From Anaerolineales bacterium (lineage in GTDB: Bacteria; Chloroflexota; Anaerolineae; Anaerolineales; UBA6663), in assembly GCA_052387475.1 (NCBI GenBank), contig JBQTJD010000018.1, positions 1 through 37,723 on the forward strand: a stretch of DNA of 37,723 nucleotides, in the 5' to 3' direction. Numbering within the stretch: position 1 is the first letter of the stretch; each line of letters opens with the position of its first letter. Below are positions 24,702-32,745 of the stretch, in pieces. The notes under the pieces were generated by a model, which was not told the origin of the DNA, searched no databases, and saw only the letters and a list, made by a program, of their open reading frames with translations. Position numbers and translations under genes: made by a program.

Positions 24702-25605
24702 CGAGGGGCTGAATTTGGACGCAGCCTTCGCCGAGAGCGAACGCCTCACGCGCCGGAATTCCAAGACGTTTTTCACCGCCACCGGCCTGCTGCCCGAAGC
24801 GGCTCGTCGCGCCATCCGCGCGTTGTACGGCTTCTGTCGCAGCACCGATGATTTGGTGGATCACGACGGCGCGACGTTGGCGGATGTGGAAGCCTGGCGC
24901 GCGCGCGTCGCGTTACCCGCGACCGTGCAGCCGGACGCCGCTCTGCGTGCGTGGGCGTTCATCCGTGAGCAGTATGGCGTGAACGCGCGCTACGAAGCGG
25001 AACTCATTAGTGGTGTCGCACTCGACATTGCCAAACACCGTTACGCAAATTGGCCCGAACTCGAACGCTATTGTTATCTCGTCGCCTCGACGGTCGGCCT
25101 CATGTCCCTACCCATCATTGGCCTGGCCGAGGGCGTCACGTTTGAAGACGCCGCACCCTACGCCATCAAGCTTGGCGTCGCGCTGCAACTCACCAACATC
25201 CTGCGCGATGTGGGCGAGGACGCCGCACGCGGGCGCGTGTATCTACCGACTACCGACCTCGCGCGTTTCCATCTCATCGCCGAGGACCTCCTCAACGGCG
25301 TGCACGATCAGCGGTTCGTTGAGTTAATTAAGTTCGAAATCCGACGTGCGCGCGATTTGTACTGCCGCGCTCTGCCGGGCATCGCTCTGCTCTCACCGGC
25401 GGCGCGGCCCGCGGTGGCGGCGGCGGCGCTGCTGTATCGTGCCATCCTCGATGAGATCGACGCCATTGACTATCGGGTGTACACGCAACGCGCGCACACC
25501 AGCGGCCTGCAAAAGCTGCTCAGGCTCCCCGGCATCGCGTGGACGGTGTGGACGCTGCAACCGCCACAAGTGACGACTGACGGGTGGCGGGTGAGTGAAA
25601 CGTGA
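24685..25605 (+). CDS. crtB: Phytoene synthase CrtB
   Basis: The start is ATG 24685, after AGGGGAG, overlapping crtI by 17 nt. Squalene/phytoene synthase motifs are present: [24 protein letters not shown] and [20 protein letters not shown]. Confidence 0.9.
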   Translation: MPFPPDEGLNLDAAFAESERLTRRNSKTFFTATGLLPEAARRAIRALYGFCRSTDDLVDHDGATLADVEAWRARVALPATVQPDAALRAWAFIREQYGVNARYEAELISGVALDIAKHRYANWPELERYCYLVASTVGLMSLPIIGLAEGVTFEDAAPYAIKLGVALQLTNILRDVGEDAARGRVYLPTTDLARFHLIAEDLLNGVHDQRFVELIKFEIRRARDLYCRALPGIALLSPAARPAVAAAALLYRAILDEIDAIDYRVYTQRAHTSGLQKLLRLPGIAWTVWTLQPPQVTTDGWRVSET

Positions 25606-25630
25606 TGCGTTTTGAGTCCGTTCTTTCCCT

Positions 25631-26467
25631 GTGTTTCCCTCTTTTCCCGTGACTTATCTTTCCTTCCTTTTCTATTTCGTCCTCACCCCCGCCGTTCTCT
25701 TCACATTGCTTGTGCGTCCGTCGCGGCGTGAATGGGCCACGTTAGGTGCATTGGTCGTCATCACTTGCTTGTGGACGACGCCGTGGGACAACTACCTCGT
25801 CGGCAGTGGCGTGTGGTATTACGACCCGCAACTTGTCAGTGGTCTCCTCTTCGGCTGGGTGCCACTGGAGGAGTATCTGTTCTTCGGCCTGCAATGTTGG
25901 ATGACAAGCCTGTGGACATTGGGTCTCATGCGGGCGTTTTCGCGCAAAGACGCAAAGGCGCCAAGGATAGTGGGGTTGGCATTGGCTTTTGCATTGCCTT
26001 TGGCGTTTGGATTTTCCCCCTTGCTCACCCGCTCCCCGGCTCCCCTGCCTGCATTGAGCACCCGTTCCACCGACCTGCCCCCGTTGCCCTTCGGCCAGTG
26101 GAACTATCTCGTGCTTATCCTGGCGTGGGCGTTGCCTGTCATCGCGGGTCAGGCGTTTCTCGGATACGGCGCTTTCCGCGCGCACTGGCCGGCGTTCGTG
26201 TTGGGCTTTCTCGTCCCGGCGGTCTACCTCACGGCGCTTGATTCGCTCGCCATCGGCGCTGGCACGTGGACGATTGCGCCCTCACAATCCGCCAACGTCT
26301 TCCTGCCCGGCGGCGTGCCCATCGAGGAGGGCGTGTTCTTTCTCGTGACCAATATCATGGTCGCGCAAGGTTGGTTGTTGTTCACCAGCCCTATCGCTCA
26401 CGCCCGTATCTTGGCGCTGTTGGGTCGAAAGACCAAGGACAAAGGACGAACGCCGGTCTCGGCATGA
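25631..26467 (+). CDS. crtYcd: Fused two-domain lycopene cyclase (CrtYc/CrtYd-type lycopene cyclase domains)
   Basis: Domain 1 is TTPWDNYLVGSGVWYYDP...PLEEYLFF. Domain 2 is ALDSLAIGAGTWTI...PIEEGVFFLVTN. The linker is partly encoded by a palindromic repeat. GTG 25649 (VTYLSF...) is an alternative start. Confidence 0.75.
   Translation: MFPSFPVTYLSFLFYFVLTPAVLFTLLVRPSRREWATLGALVVITCLWTTPWDNYLVGSGVWYYDPQLVSGLLFGWVPLEEYLFFGLQCWMTSLWTLGLMRAFSRKDAKAPRIVGLALAFALPLAFGFSPLLTRSPAPLPALSTRSTDLPPLPFGQWNYLVLILAWALPVIAGQAFLGYGAFRAHWPAFVLGFLVPAVYLTALDSLAIGAGTWTIAPSQSANVFLPGGVPIEEGVFFLVTNIMVAQGWLLFTSPIAHARILALLGRKTKDKGRTPVSA
25941..26010. repeat. Degenerate palindromic element translated in-frame as the inter-domain linker of the lycopene cyclase
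   Basis: CGCGCAAAGACGCAAAGGCGCCAAGG faces TTGGCATTGGCTTTTGCATTGCCTTTGGCGTTTGG, both built from tandem GCAAAG/CTTTGC-type units. The encoded peptide is SRKDAKAPRIVGLALAFALPLAFGF. Confidence 0.5.
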
Positions 26468-27240
26468 ACGCCTTTCGTCTCTCGTCCATCGTCGTTCGTC
26501 CAGCGCCGTGGTTTGCGCCTCTCACTGCATGGCTCACTTTCATGGTGGCCTTTCCAATTGTGGATTTCGTCACGCGCGGGCAACTATATCCGTGGCTGGC
26601 CACGGTGAATGTATTGTTGCAGGGTGGGGCGGTGATGGCGGCCTTGTGGAATATGTGGCCGCGCGCTCGCGTGTTGCGCCTCGCTGCGATTGTGCTGCCG
26701 CTGACGTGGCTGGCGGAGTTCATCGGCCACACCACCGGCTTGCCGTTTGGCGAGTACGATTACGCGCCGCTGCTGCAACCACAGTTATTCGGCGTGCCGG
26801 TGCTCATCCCTATCGCGTGGGTGATGATGCTGCCACCGGCGTGGGCCGTCGCCTCCGCATTAATTTCGCCGCAGCACCGCTTTGCCTTTGCTATCGTCGC
26901 GGCTTTTGCCTTCACCGCGTGGGATTTGTTCCTCGACCCGCAGATGGTGGCGCGTGGGCTGTGGAGCTGGCAGCAACCGGGCGAATACTTCGGCATCCCG
27001 TTCGTCAACTTCGGCGGCTGGCTGCTGACCTCCGGCCTCATCACCTTCCTCGTCCATCCGCACGAGATACAAGCCGCCGCCAAACCGTTGGCCCTCATCT
27101 ACACTCTCACATGGATTTTGCAAACCATCGGTCTCGGCCTCTTCTGGGGGCAATCCGGCCCAGCGCTGTTCGGTTTCCTCGGTATGGGTATGTTCGTGGT
27201 CATGTTCTGGCAACGCGAACGGTTGAAAATTGCAAGTTGA
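26464..27240 (+). CDS. cruF: Carotenoid biosynthesis membrane protein, CruF-type (carotenoid 1',2'-hydratase family, DUF422)
   Basis: Its ATG overlaps the cyclase stop (ATGA). It is polytopic, with TTGLPFGEYDY...LFGVPVLIPIAWVMM...AWDLFLDPQMV, typical of the Caroten_synth family. Confidence 0.7.
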   Translation: MNAFRLSSIVVRPAPWFAPLTAWLTFMVAFPIVDFVTRGQLYPWLATVNVLLQGGAVMAALWNMWPRARVLRLAAIVLPLTWLAEFIGHTTGLPFGEYDYAPLLQPQLFGVPVLIPIAWVMMLPPAWAVASALISPQHRFAFAIVAAFAFTAWDLFLDPQMVARGLWSWQQPGEYFGIPFVNFGGWLLTSGLITFLVHPHEIQAAAKPLALIYTLTWILQTIGLGLFWGQSGPALFGFLGMGMFVVMFWQRERLKIAS

Positions 27241-27256
27241 GCGTTCAACTTTCAAC
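27222..27256. repeat. Short junction palindrome spanning the cruF stop and ending at the plsY-like ATG
   Basis: The sequence is GTTGAAAattgcaAGTTGAgcgTTCAACTTTCAAC, that is two direct GTTGA units facing two TCAAC units. The stop TGA at 27238-27240 lies inside it and the next ATG is at 27257. Confidence 0.5.
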
Positions 27257-27895
27257 ATGCCAACGCTGATTTGGACCCTCATCGGTTTTGTGAGTGGCAG
27301 TGTGCCGTACTCGCCGTTGCTCGGCAGACTGTTTCTGCGCCGCGATATTCGGCAGTTCGGCGACGGCAACCCCGGCTCGACGAATGTCTTTCGCGCGGGC
27401 GGTAAATGGGTGGGCGTGGTGGCCGTACTGCTCGATGGCTTCAAAGGTGCGATCCCGGTTGGAGTAGTGTATTGGTTATTGGAGTTTAGAGGTTGGAGAC
27501 TCATTCCTCTTGCGCTCGCGCCGGTGCTCGGGCATGCGTGGTCGCCGTTTCTGCGCGGGCGCGGCGGCAAAGCGGTAGCGACGACAGCGGGAATATGGAC
27601 TGGCGTCACCGGGCCGGAAGCGCCCATCGTGCTCGGTGTGCTGCTGGGAGTGTGGTTCTTCGCGCTCAACCTTTCCGGTTGGGCGATGATCGCCACGTGG
27701 CTATGCTTTGGCCTGCACCTCCTCAACTATCGCCCCGACCCGGTCCTTCACACGCTATGGCTCATCAATCTCATCATCCTATTGTGGAAGTACCGCGATG
27801 ATCTACGCCAGCGTCCCGCGTTGAGAATTGACCTCATCTCAAAATGTTTGCGGCCTTTCTTCTCTCCCAGCGGGGAGAGGGAGTCGCTTCGCTAA
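27257..27895 (+). CDS. plsY: PlsY-family (acyl-phosphate:glycerol-3-phosphate) acyltransferase homolog embedded in the carotenoid cluster
   Basis: PlsY motifs are present: GSVPYS, FGDGNPGSTNVFRAGG, LLDGFKGAIPV and GHAWSPFLRGRGGKAVATTAG. The C-terminal tail runs into a CTCTCCC/GGGAGAG hairpin at 27862-27879. Confidence 0.7.
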   Translation: MPTLIWTLIGFVSGSVPYSPLLGRLFLRRDIRQFGDGNPGSTNVFRAGGKWVGVVAVLLDGFKGAIPVGVVYWLLEFRGWRLIPLALAPVLGHAWSPFLRGRGGKAVATTAGIWTGVTGPEAPIVLGVLLGVWFFALNLSGWAMIATWLCFGLHLLNYRPDPVLHTLWLINLIILLWKYRDDLRQRPALRIDLISKCLRPFFSPSGERESLR

Positions 27896-27911
27896 TAGGG
27901 TGGGGGAGAGA

Positions 27912-29018
27912 ATGATGCTCCTCCTCACTCTCTTCATCACCACCACCCTCCTCACCCTCAGCCTCATTGCCCTCCTCAACGCCTTCACTTTCCCACGTCT
28001 CCATCTCTCCGCCCTCCTCGCTCCACCCTCCACCCTCTCCGTCCTCATCCCCGCCCGGGACGAAGCCGCCGTCATCGGCCAGACCGTGCGCGCGCTGTTG
28101 GCGCAACCCGAAGTGACCGAGCTGCTTATCCTTGACGACCAATCCACCGACGGCACCGCCGAGGTCGCGCGCGCCGCCGCCAACGGCGACCCGCGGCTGC
28201 GTATCATCACCGGTCAACCATTGCCGTCCGGCTGGCTCGGAAAAAACTGGGCCTGCCATCAACTTAGTCTCGCCGCCACTGGCGACCATTTGCTCTTCAC
28301 CGACGCCGATGTGCAATGGCGACCCTCCTCTCTCCTCTCACTTCTTTCCTCATTCCATCAAACTCGCGCTGACACGCTCACCGTGTGGCCGACGCAGATC
28401 ACCGAGACGTGGGGTGAGCGTCTGGTCGTGCCGCTCGTAGCGCTTGCGGTTCAAGCCTATCTGCCAGTACTCGCCACGCACCATTTGCCCTCGCCGGCGT
28501 TCGCGGCGGCGATGGGGCAGTGTTTGCTCTTTCGACGCAGCGCCTACGAGCGCATCGGTGGGCACGCGGCGGTCAAAGATAATATCGTGGAAGACGTGGC
28601 GCTGGCGCGCGCCGTGAAAGCCGCCGGTCTGTGCCTGCGCGTGGCCGATGGCAACAGCCTGATCGCTTGCCGTATGTATCGCAACTGGCCCGACGTGCGC
28701 GACGGCTTCGCCAAAAACATCCTCGCCGGCCACGGCAATTCTCTAGTTTTTCTTTTGCTCTCCACACTCTTTCATTGGCTCGTTTTCGTCGGACCGTGGT
28801 TGATGATGATTGGAGACTGGGGAATCGGGCTGCCCTTGGTGGCGTTGAGCGTCACCGTTCGAGCGATCACGGCGGTCATCACCCGCCAACGCGTTCTCGA
28901 CTCGCTCTTCATGCCTGTGTCGGTCGCTCTGATGACGCTCATCGCCGCGCAGTCACTGCTCTGGCGCGCTCGCGGCGGCCCGCAGTGGAAAGGGAGAAGC
29001 GTAGTGCGTATCTCGTAG
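27912..29018 (+). CDS. Family 2 glycosyltransferase, CruC-like candidate carotenoid glycosyltransferase
   Basis: The start is ATG 27912, after GGGGGAGAG. It has an N-terminal TM helix and the GT-A motifs LIPARDEA, LILDDQSTDGT, GWLGKNWAC and FTDADV, followed by C-terminal TM helices. Confidence 0.7.
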   Translation: MMLLLTLFITTTLLTLSLIALLNAFTFPRLHLSALLAPPSTLSVLIPARDEAAVIGQTVRALLAQPEVTELLILDDQSTDGTAEVARAAANGDPRLRIITGQPLPSGWLGKNWACHQLSLAATGDHLLFTDADVQWRPSSLLSLLSSFHQTRADTLTVWPTQITETWGERLVVPLVALAVQAYLPVLATHHLPSPAFAAAMGQCLLFRRSAYERIGGHAAVKDNIVEDVALARAVKAAGLCLRVADGNSLIACRMYRNWPDVRDGFAKNILAGHGNSLVFLLLSTLFHWLVFVGPWLMMIGDWGIGLPLVALSVTVRAITAVITRQRVLDSLFMPVSVALMTLIAAQSLLWRARGGPQWKGRSVVRIS

Positions 29019-29058
29019 TCCGTTGCCCGGATACGGAACACGCATTACCCACTACGAG

Positions 29059-30499
29059 ATGTTTGACACTCTCATCATCGGCGCCGGTGTCGGCGGGTTG
29101 AGCGCCGCCATTCGCCTCGCGGTGGCTGGCCAGCGCGTGCGCGTGCTCGAACAAAACGCGCAGGTTGGTGGCAAGATGGGCGAAGTGGTCGAAGGCGGTT
29201 TTCGGTGGGATACCGGCCCGTCCGTGATCACCATGCACCCGGTCTTCGAAGACCTCTTCCGCGCGGCGGGTCGCAAACTCGAAGACTATCTCGACCTCGT
29301 CTCGGTCGAGCCGCTCACACGCTACTTCTTCGTTGACGGCACCGTGCTCGACGCCACCTCCGACTTGAGTCGCATGGCGGCGCAGATCGCGCAGATAGAG
29401 CCGCGCGATGTCGAGGGCTACCTCGCTTATCTCGCCTACGCCGCACGTCTGCATCGCCTCACCAGCCCAGCCTTCATCTACGGCGACCCGGTTTCGCCGC
29501 GCACCTTTCGGCAAGTGCCGGTGCGCGAGTGGCCGCGCATTGATGGCTGGCGCACGATGCACACTGCCATTCGTAGTTTCGTACGCTCGCCCCACCTGCG
29601 GCAATTGCTCGGGCGCTTCGCTACCTACGTCGGCGCGAGTCCGTATCTCGCGCCGGCCACCCTCAACGTCATCGCGCACGTCGAACTGACCGACGGCGTG
29701 TGGTATCCGCGCGGCGGCATCTACACCATCGCCCTTGGCCTGCAACGCCTCGCGTGCGAGTTGGGCGTGGAGATTCAAACGAACACACGCGTAGAGCAAA
29801 TCGCGGTGCGGGAAAAACGCGCGGTCGGCGTCATCGTGAACGGAAGCGTCATCCCCGCGCGCTACGTCATCTCCAACGTGGATGCCGTCATCACCTACGA
29901 GAAACTGCTGCCTGCGGGAATCGTGTCGGCGCGCAAACTGCGCGCATTGACCAATGCCAAGCCGTCCGTGTCGGCTTCATCCTGCTGCTCGGCGTGCGCG
30001 GCGAGCACCCACACCTCGCGCACCACAACATCTTCTTCTGCGCCGACTACGCGCGCGAGTTCGACGACATTTTCAAGCGTAGCCTCCCGCCCACGCGCCG
30101 CCCGGTTGTGAGAACTGGTTCGTCCTCGTCAACTCGCCTCCGCTCGGCGTGCGCGGCAAGCGCCCGCAGTACGATTGGACACAGCGCGCCGCCGAGTATC
30201 GTGATCACGTGCTTGCCACTCTCGCGCGGCATGGCGTGGATATCCGCGACAAAATCCTGGTCGAGAAAATCCTGACGCCGCTTGACATCGAAAGGATGAC
30301 GGCTGCGCGGCGCGGCGCGCTGTACGGCGCGTCGAGCAACAGCCTGTTCGCCGCGTTCCGTCGCCCGCCCAACGAGTCGCCCGATGTGCGAGGCCTCTAC
30401 CTCGCCAGCGGCACCGCCCACCCCGGCGGCGGCGTGCCGATGGTGATGTTGAGTGGGGCGGCGGCGGCCCGGCGTATACTTGCCGACCAAGGACGATAG
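29059..30499 (+). pseudogene. crtD: CrtD-like carotenoid desaturase (CrtI family) disrupted by two frame-changing lesions
   Basis: The FAD motif is MFDTLIIGAGVGGLSAAIRLAVAGQRVRVLEQNAQVGGK. The frame is lost at about 29973 (a missing G: ...AKPSVS/GFILLLGVRGEHPHLAHHNIFF). It is lost again at about 30090, where FDDIFKRSLPP jumps to AHAPPGCENWFVLVNSPP and about 13 expected codons are missing. The C-terminus LYLASGTAHPGGGVPMV is in the third frame. The 1441-nt span is two bases short of a multiple of three. Confidence 0.65.
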
Positions 30500-30547
30500 A
30501 CGAACGACGAAAGTTACGGCCTCTGCTTTCGTCCTTCGTCTATCGTC
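30492..30547. repeat. Junction palindromic element spanning the crtD stop codon
   Basis: GACGATAGACGAACGACGAAAG (30492-30513) and CTTTCGTCCTTCGTCTATCGTC (30526-30547) are 21/22 complementary with a 12-nt loop. The arms are three tandem GACGA-type heptamers. The stop TAG at 30497-30499 lies in the left arm, and the next ATG at 30557 is 10 nt after the right arm. Confidence 0.8.
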
Positions 30548-30556
30548 AACCGTCTC

Positions 30557-31153
30557 ATGCTCACACCGCGCCTCGAATGGCTCCCCACACTCTCGGCGCA
30601 TAATGATGCGCGCTGGCTCGCGCAGTGGCGCGCTGCCCGGCCCACCTATCAGCGCGGCGACGAGTTGGACGGTCTGCGCTGGAAGGATGACCGTCACACC
30701 CGCAGCCTCAATCCCGCCGCGCCGCGCGCACTGTTCGACCGCGCCGCCGAGCGATTGCTCCGCTACGACTTCTATCCACCCACTATGCTGACGCATACCA
30801 GTGAGTTCGTTCGGCAGAACCGTCGTCTGCGTTTGGGCGAATTGATCGTGCAGCGCATCCACGCGGTGCCCGGCCTGCTCGATGTCGTCACCGCCACTCG
30901 CGTAAGTGAAGTGATTGACGAGCCGCGCCGGCAGGGCTTTGCCTACGTCGCTACGCAGGCGCATTTTGAAATCGGCGAATGGTGGTGCTGGCTGGCCTGG
31001 CAACCGGAGGGCGAGCTGACTGTGCACATCCGCTCCATCTCACGCGCCGGCCCGCGCTTGCCCCGCTGGCAGCGAGGCTATGCCCGACGGTTGCAACTCC
31101 GCGCGCACGCCGCCGGGCTGGCCCGGTTTGCGGCGCTGGTCGCTGCGTCGTAG
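30557..31153 (+). CDS. DUF1990-like domain protein
   Basis: The pattern RQGFAYVATQAHFEIGEWWCWLAWQPEGELTVHIRSISR resembles the DUF1990 core (F.Y.T..gH.e.GEe.f.v......v...i.a.SR). The assignment is tentative. Confidence 0.45.
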   Translation: MLTPRLEWLPTLSAHNDARWLAQWRAARPTYQRGDELDGLRWKDDRHTRSLNPAAPRALFDRAAERLLRYDFYPPTMLTHTSEFVRQNRRLRLGELIVQRIHAVPGLLDVVTATRVSEVIDEPRRQGFAYVATQAHFEIGEWWCWLAWQPEGELTVHIRSISRAGPRLPRWQRGYARRLQLRAHAAGLARFAALVAAS

Positions 31154-31182
31154 ATCAGTTCTTGAATTGATGTGGGAAGCAG

Positions 31183-31252
31183 GTCAACGGATGAAACGGA
31201 TTGAGCGGATTTTTCTTGTGTCCAATCCGCTGCATCCGTTCAATCCGTTGAC
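31183..31252. repeat. Junction palindromic element (29-nt arms of tandem ACGGAT-type units)
   Basis: GTCAACGGATGAAACGGATTGAGCGGATT (31183-31211) and AATCCGCTGCATCCGTTCAATCCGTTGAC (31224-31252) are 25/29 complementary. The loop is TTTCTTGTGTCC. Confidence 0.8.
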
Positions 31253-31292
31253 GAACGCAGCTGTATCCCCAACCAATTCCAACCCGTTCATC

Positions 31293-31321
31293 CTGTCCAT
31301 CGTCTCGGCTCGCGCTACACT
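31293..31321 (+). promoter_or_regulatory. Candidate sigma-70-type promoter for the 31344 gene
   Basis: The arrangement is CTGTCC (31293-31298), a 17-nt spacer, then TACACT (31316-31321), ending 22 nt before the ATG. It closely parallels the kamA promoter candidate (TTGTCC-17-TACAAT). Confidence 0.35.
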
Positions 31322-31343
31322 CACACTATCACTCGGAGACCCC

Positions 31344-31919
31344 ATGCTCAACTATCCCCTCAACCTCTCATTCAAAATCGTCGCCATCGCCCCGCAGGTC
31401 CGCATCACCGATGCGGGCGGCAATTTGCTGATGTACGTGCGGCAGAAGGTGCTGGCGCTCAAAGAGGACGTCAAAGTTTTCGCCGATGAGCAGCAAACGC
31501 AGCAACTCTTTCAAATCAAGGCCGACCGCATCATTGACTTCTCGGCCAACTACCACATCACGGCCATGAACGGCGGCCCGGTCGGCGCTGTGAAACGCAA
31601 AGGCATGCGCTCGTTGTGGAAGGCGACGTATAACATCCTCGACGCCAGCGGCGCAGAGGTTGGCCTGATCCACGAAGAGAACCCGTGGCTCAAAGTGCTC
31701 GACGGTTTCCTGAGCGACATCCCCTTCCTCGGCATGTTCATCAACCCGGCCTACATCGTGGAACTGCGCGGCCAGCCGGTGCTGTATATGAAGAAACAAC
31801 CGGCGGTCTTTGAGGGCAAGTTCACGCTGGAGAAGCGCAGCGATTTTTCGGACGCCGATGAGAAGCTGCTGTTGCCCAGTGTGCTGATGACGCTGATGCT
31901 GGAGCGCTCGCGCGGGTGA
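31344..31919 (+). CDS. LURP-one-related / scramblase-like (Tubby C-terminal-like fold) family protein
   Basis: The start is ATG 31344, after GGAGAC. The beginning YPLNLSFKIVAIAPQVRITDAGGNLLMYVRQKVLALKEDVKVFADEQQTQQLFQIKADRI fits the LOR/DUF567 pattern. The longer ORF from 31080 is rejected because it only reads through the palindromic element. Confidence 0.5.
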   Translation: MLNYPLNLSFKIVAIAPQVRITDAGGNLLMYVRQKVLALKEDVKVFADEQQTQQLFQIKADRIIDFSANYHITAMNGGPVGAVKRKGMRSLWKATYNILDASGAEVGLIHEENPWLKVLDGFLSDIPFLGMFINPAYIVELRGQPVLYMKKQPAVFEGKFTLEKRSDFSDADEKLLLPSVLMTLMLERSRG

Positions 31920-32007
31920 ACGTGGTCGCCCGCGCCGCAAAGCGGCGAGAGAGAAACGCTTAGCGTTTCTCCAGCGCAAACGAAGTTTGCGCCCGCGCCC
32001 GCCCAAT

Positions 32008-32041
32008 GCCCTTCGGAAAAACTCCGAAGGGCTTTTTGTTT
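32008..32041 (+). terminator. Rho-independent terminator
   Basis: GCCCTTCGGA (32008-32017) pairs perfectly with TCCGAAGGGC (32023-32032) across a 5-nt loop, followed by TTTTTGTTT. Confidence 0.75.
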
Positions 32042-32046
32042 CCACG

Positions 32047-32052
32047 TATAAT
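32047..32052 (+). promoter_or_regulatory. Candidate -10 box (TATAAT) upstream of the O-methyltransferase gene
   Basis: A consensus TATAAT lies 50 nt upstream of GTG 32102. No convincing -35 was seen because that region overlaps the terminator. Confidence 0.25.
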
Positions 32053-32101
32053 GCCGCCAGCACCCGCGCTCAACACCCATTCACAACCGAGGAAATTTAC
32101 C

Positions 32102-32743
32102 GTGACGATTTACAACGATGCCCTCGCCCAATACACCACCGAGCTATTCGCCTCCGCCGACCCGGTGTATCAACAAATCCTTGACCGCATTCCGCAGCGT
32201 GGTTTGCCCGCCATTGCCATCCGCGCGGAGGAAGGCAAGTTCCTGCAATTCCTCGTTCGTGCGTGCGGCGCGCGCAAAGCGGTCGAGATCGGCACGCTCG
32301 GCGGCTACAGCGGTTCGTGGATGGCGCGCGGTCTCATGCCGGGTGGCAAGCTCATCACGCTGGAACTGGAGCCGAAACACGCCGAGGTGGCGCGCGAGCA
32401 CTTCGCCTTAGCGGGTGTGGCCGATCGGGTGGAGGTGCGCGTGGGCAACGCGCACGATACCCTGCCGCGCCTCTCCGCCGAAGGCCCGTTTGACTTTTGC
32501 TTCATTGACGCCGAGAAGAGCGGCTACGACACGTATCTCGATTGGGCGCTGGCCAATGTGCTGCCGGGTGGGATCATCGCCGCGCACAATGCCTTTCAGC
32601 ATGGCGCCGTGGTGAACGCCGACGATCACGAGGCGGCCGCCGACTCGATGCGGGCCTTCAACCGCCGCTGGGCCACGGAGCCGCGCCTCGTCGGCGCCAT
32701 CTTCCCCGCCGGCGATGGCATGCTCATCGGAATTGTGGAGTGA
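32102..32743 (+). CDS. Class I SAM-dependent O-methyltransferase (caffeoyl-CoA OMT-like, Methyltransf_3/24)
   Basis: The GTG start at 32102 lies 7 nt after GAGGAA. Family motifs are present: AVEIGTLGGYSGSWMA, LITLELEPKHAEVAREHF, FDFCFIDAEKSGY and PGGIIAAHN. Confidence 0.75.
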   Translation: MTIYNDALAQYTTELFASADPVYQQILDRIPQRGLPAIAIRAEEGKFLQFLVRACGARKAVEIGTLGGYSGSWMARGLMPGGKLITLELEPKHAEVAREHFALAGVADRVEVRVGNAHDTLPRLSAEGPFDFCFIDAEKSGYDTYLDWALANVLPGGIIAAHNAFQHGAVVNADDHEAAADSMRAFNRRWATEPRLVGAIFPAGDGMLIGIVE

Positions 32744-32745
32744 TG

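Noticed and set aside
27862-27879. A CTCTCCC-agcg-GGGAGAG hairpin at the end of the plsY-like ORF, translated as ..SPSGERESLR.
   Set aside because: It is a short 7-bp stem of low-complexity sequence, with only one copy in the window. That is insufficient to call a repeat family or a terminator. It is noted only because it extends the PlsY-like C-terminus.
31080-31343. A 5' extension of the LURP-one-like ORF back to 31080, which overlaps the end of the DUF1990-like gene.
   Set aside because: The extension only reads through the 31183-31252 palindromic element, giving QRMKRIERIFLVSNPLHPFNPLT. A good SD (GGAGAC) and a promoter-like pair precede the internal ATG at 31344, where the family-like sequence starts.
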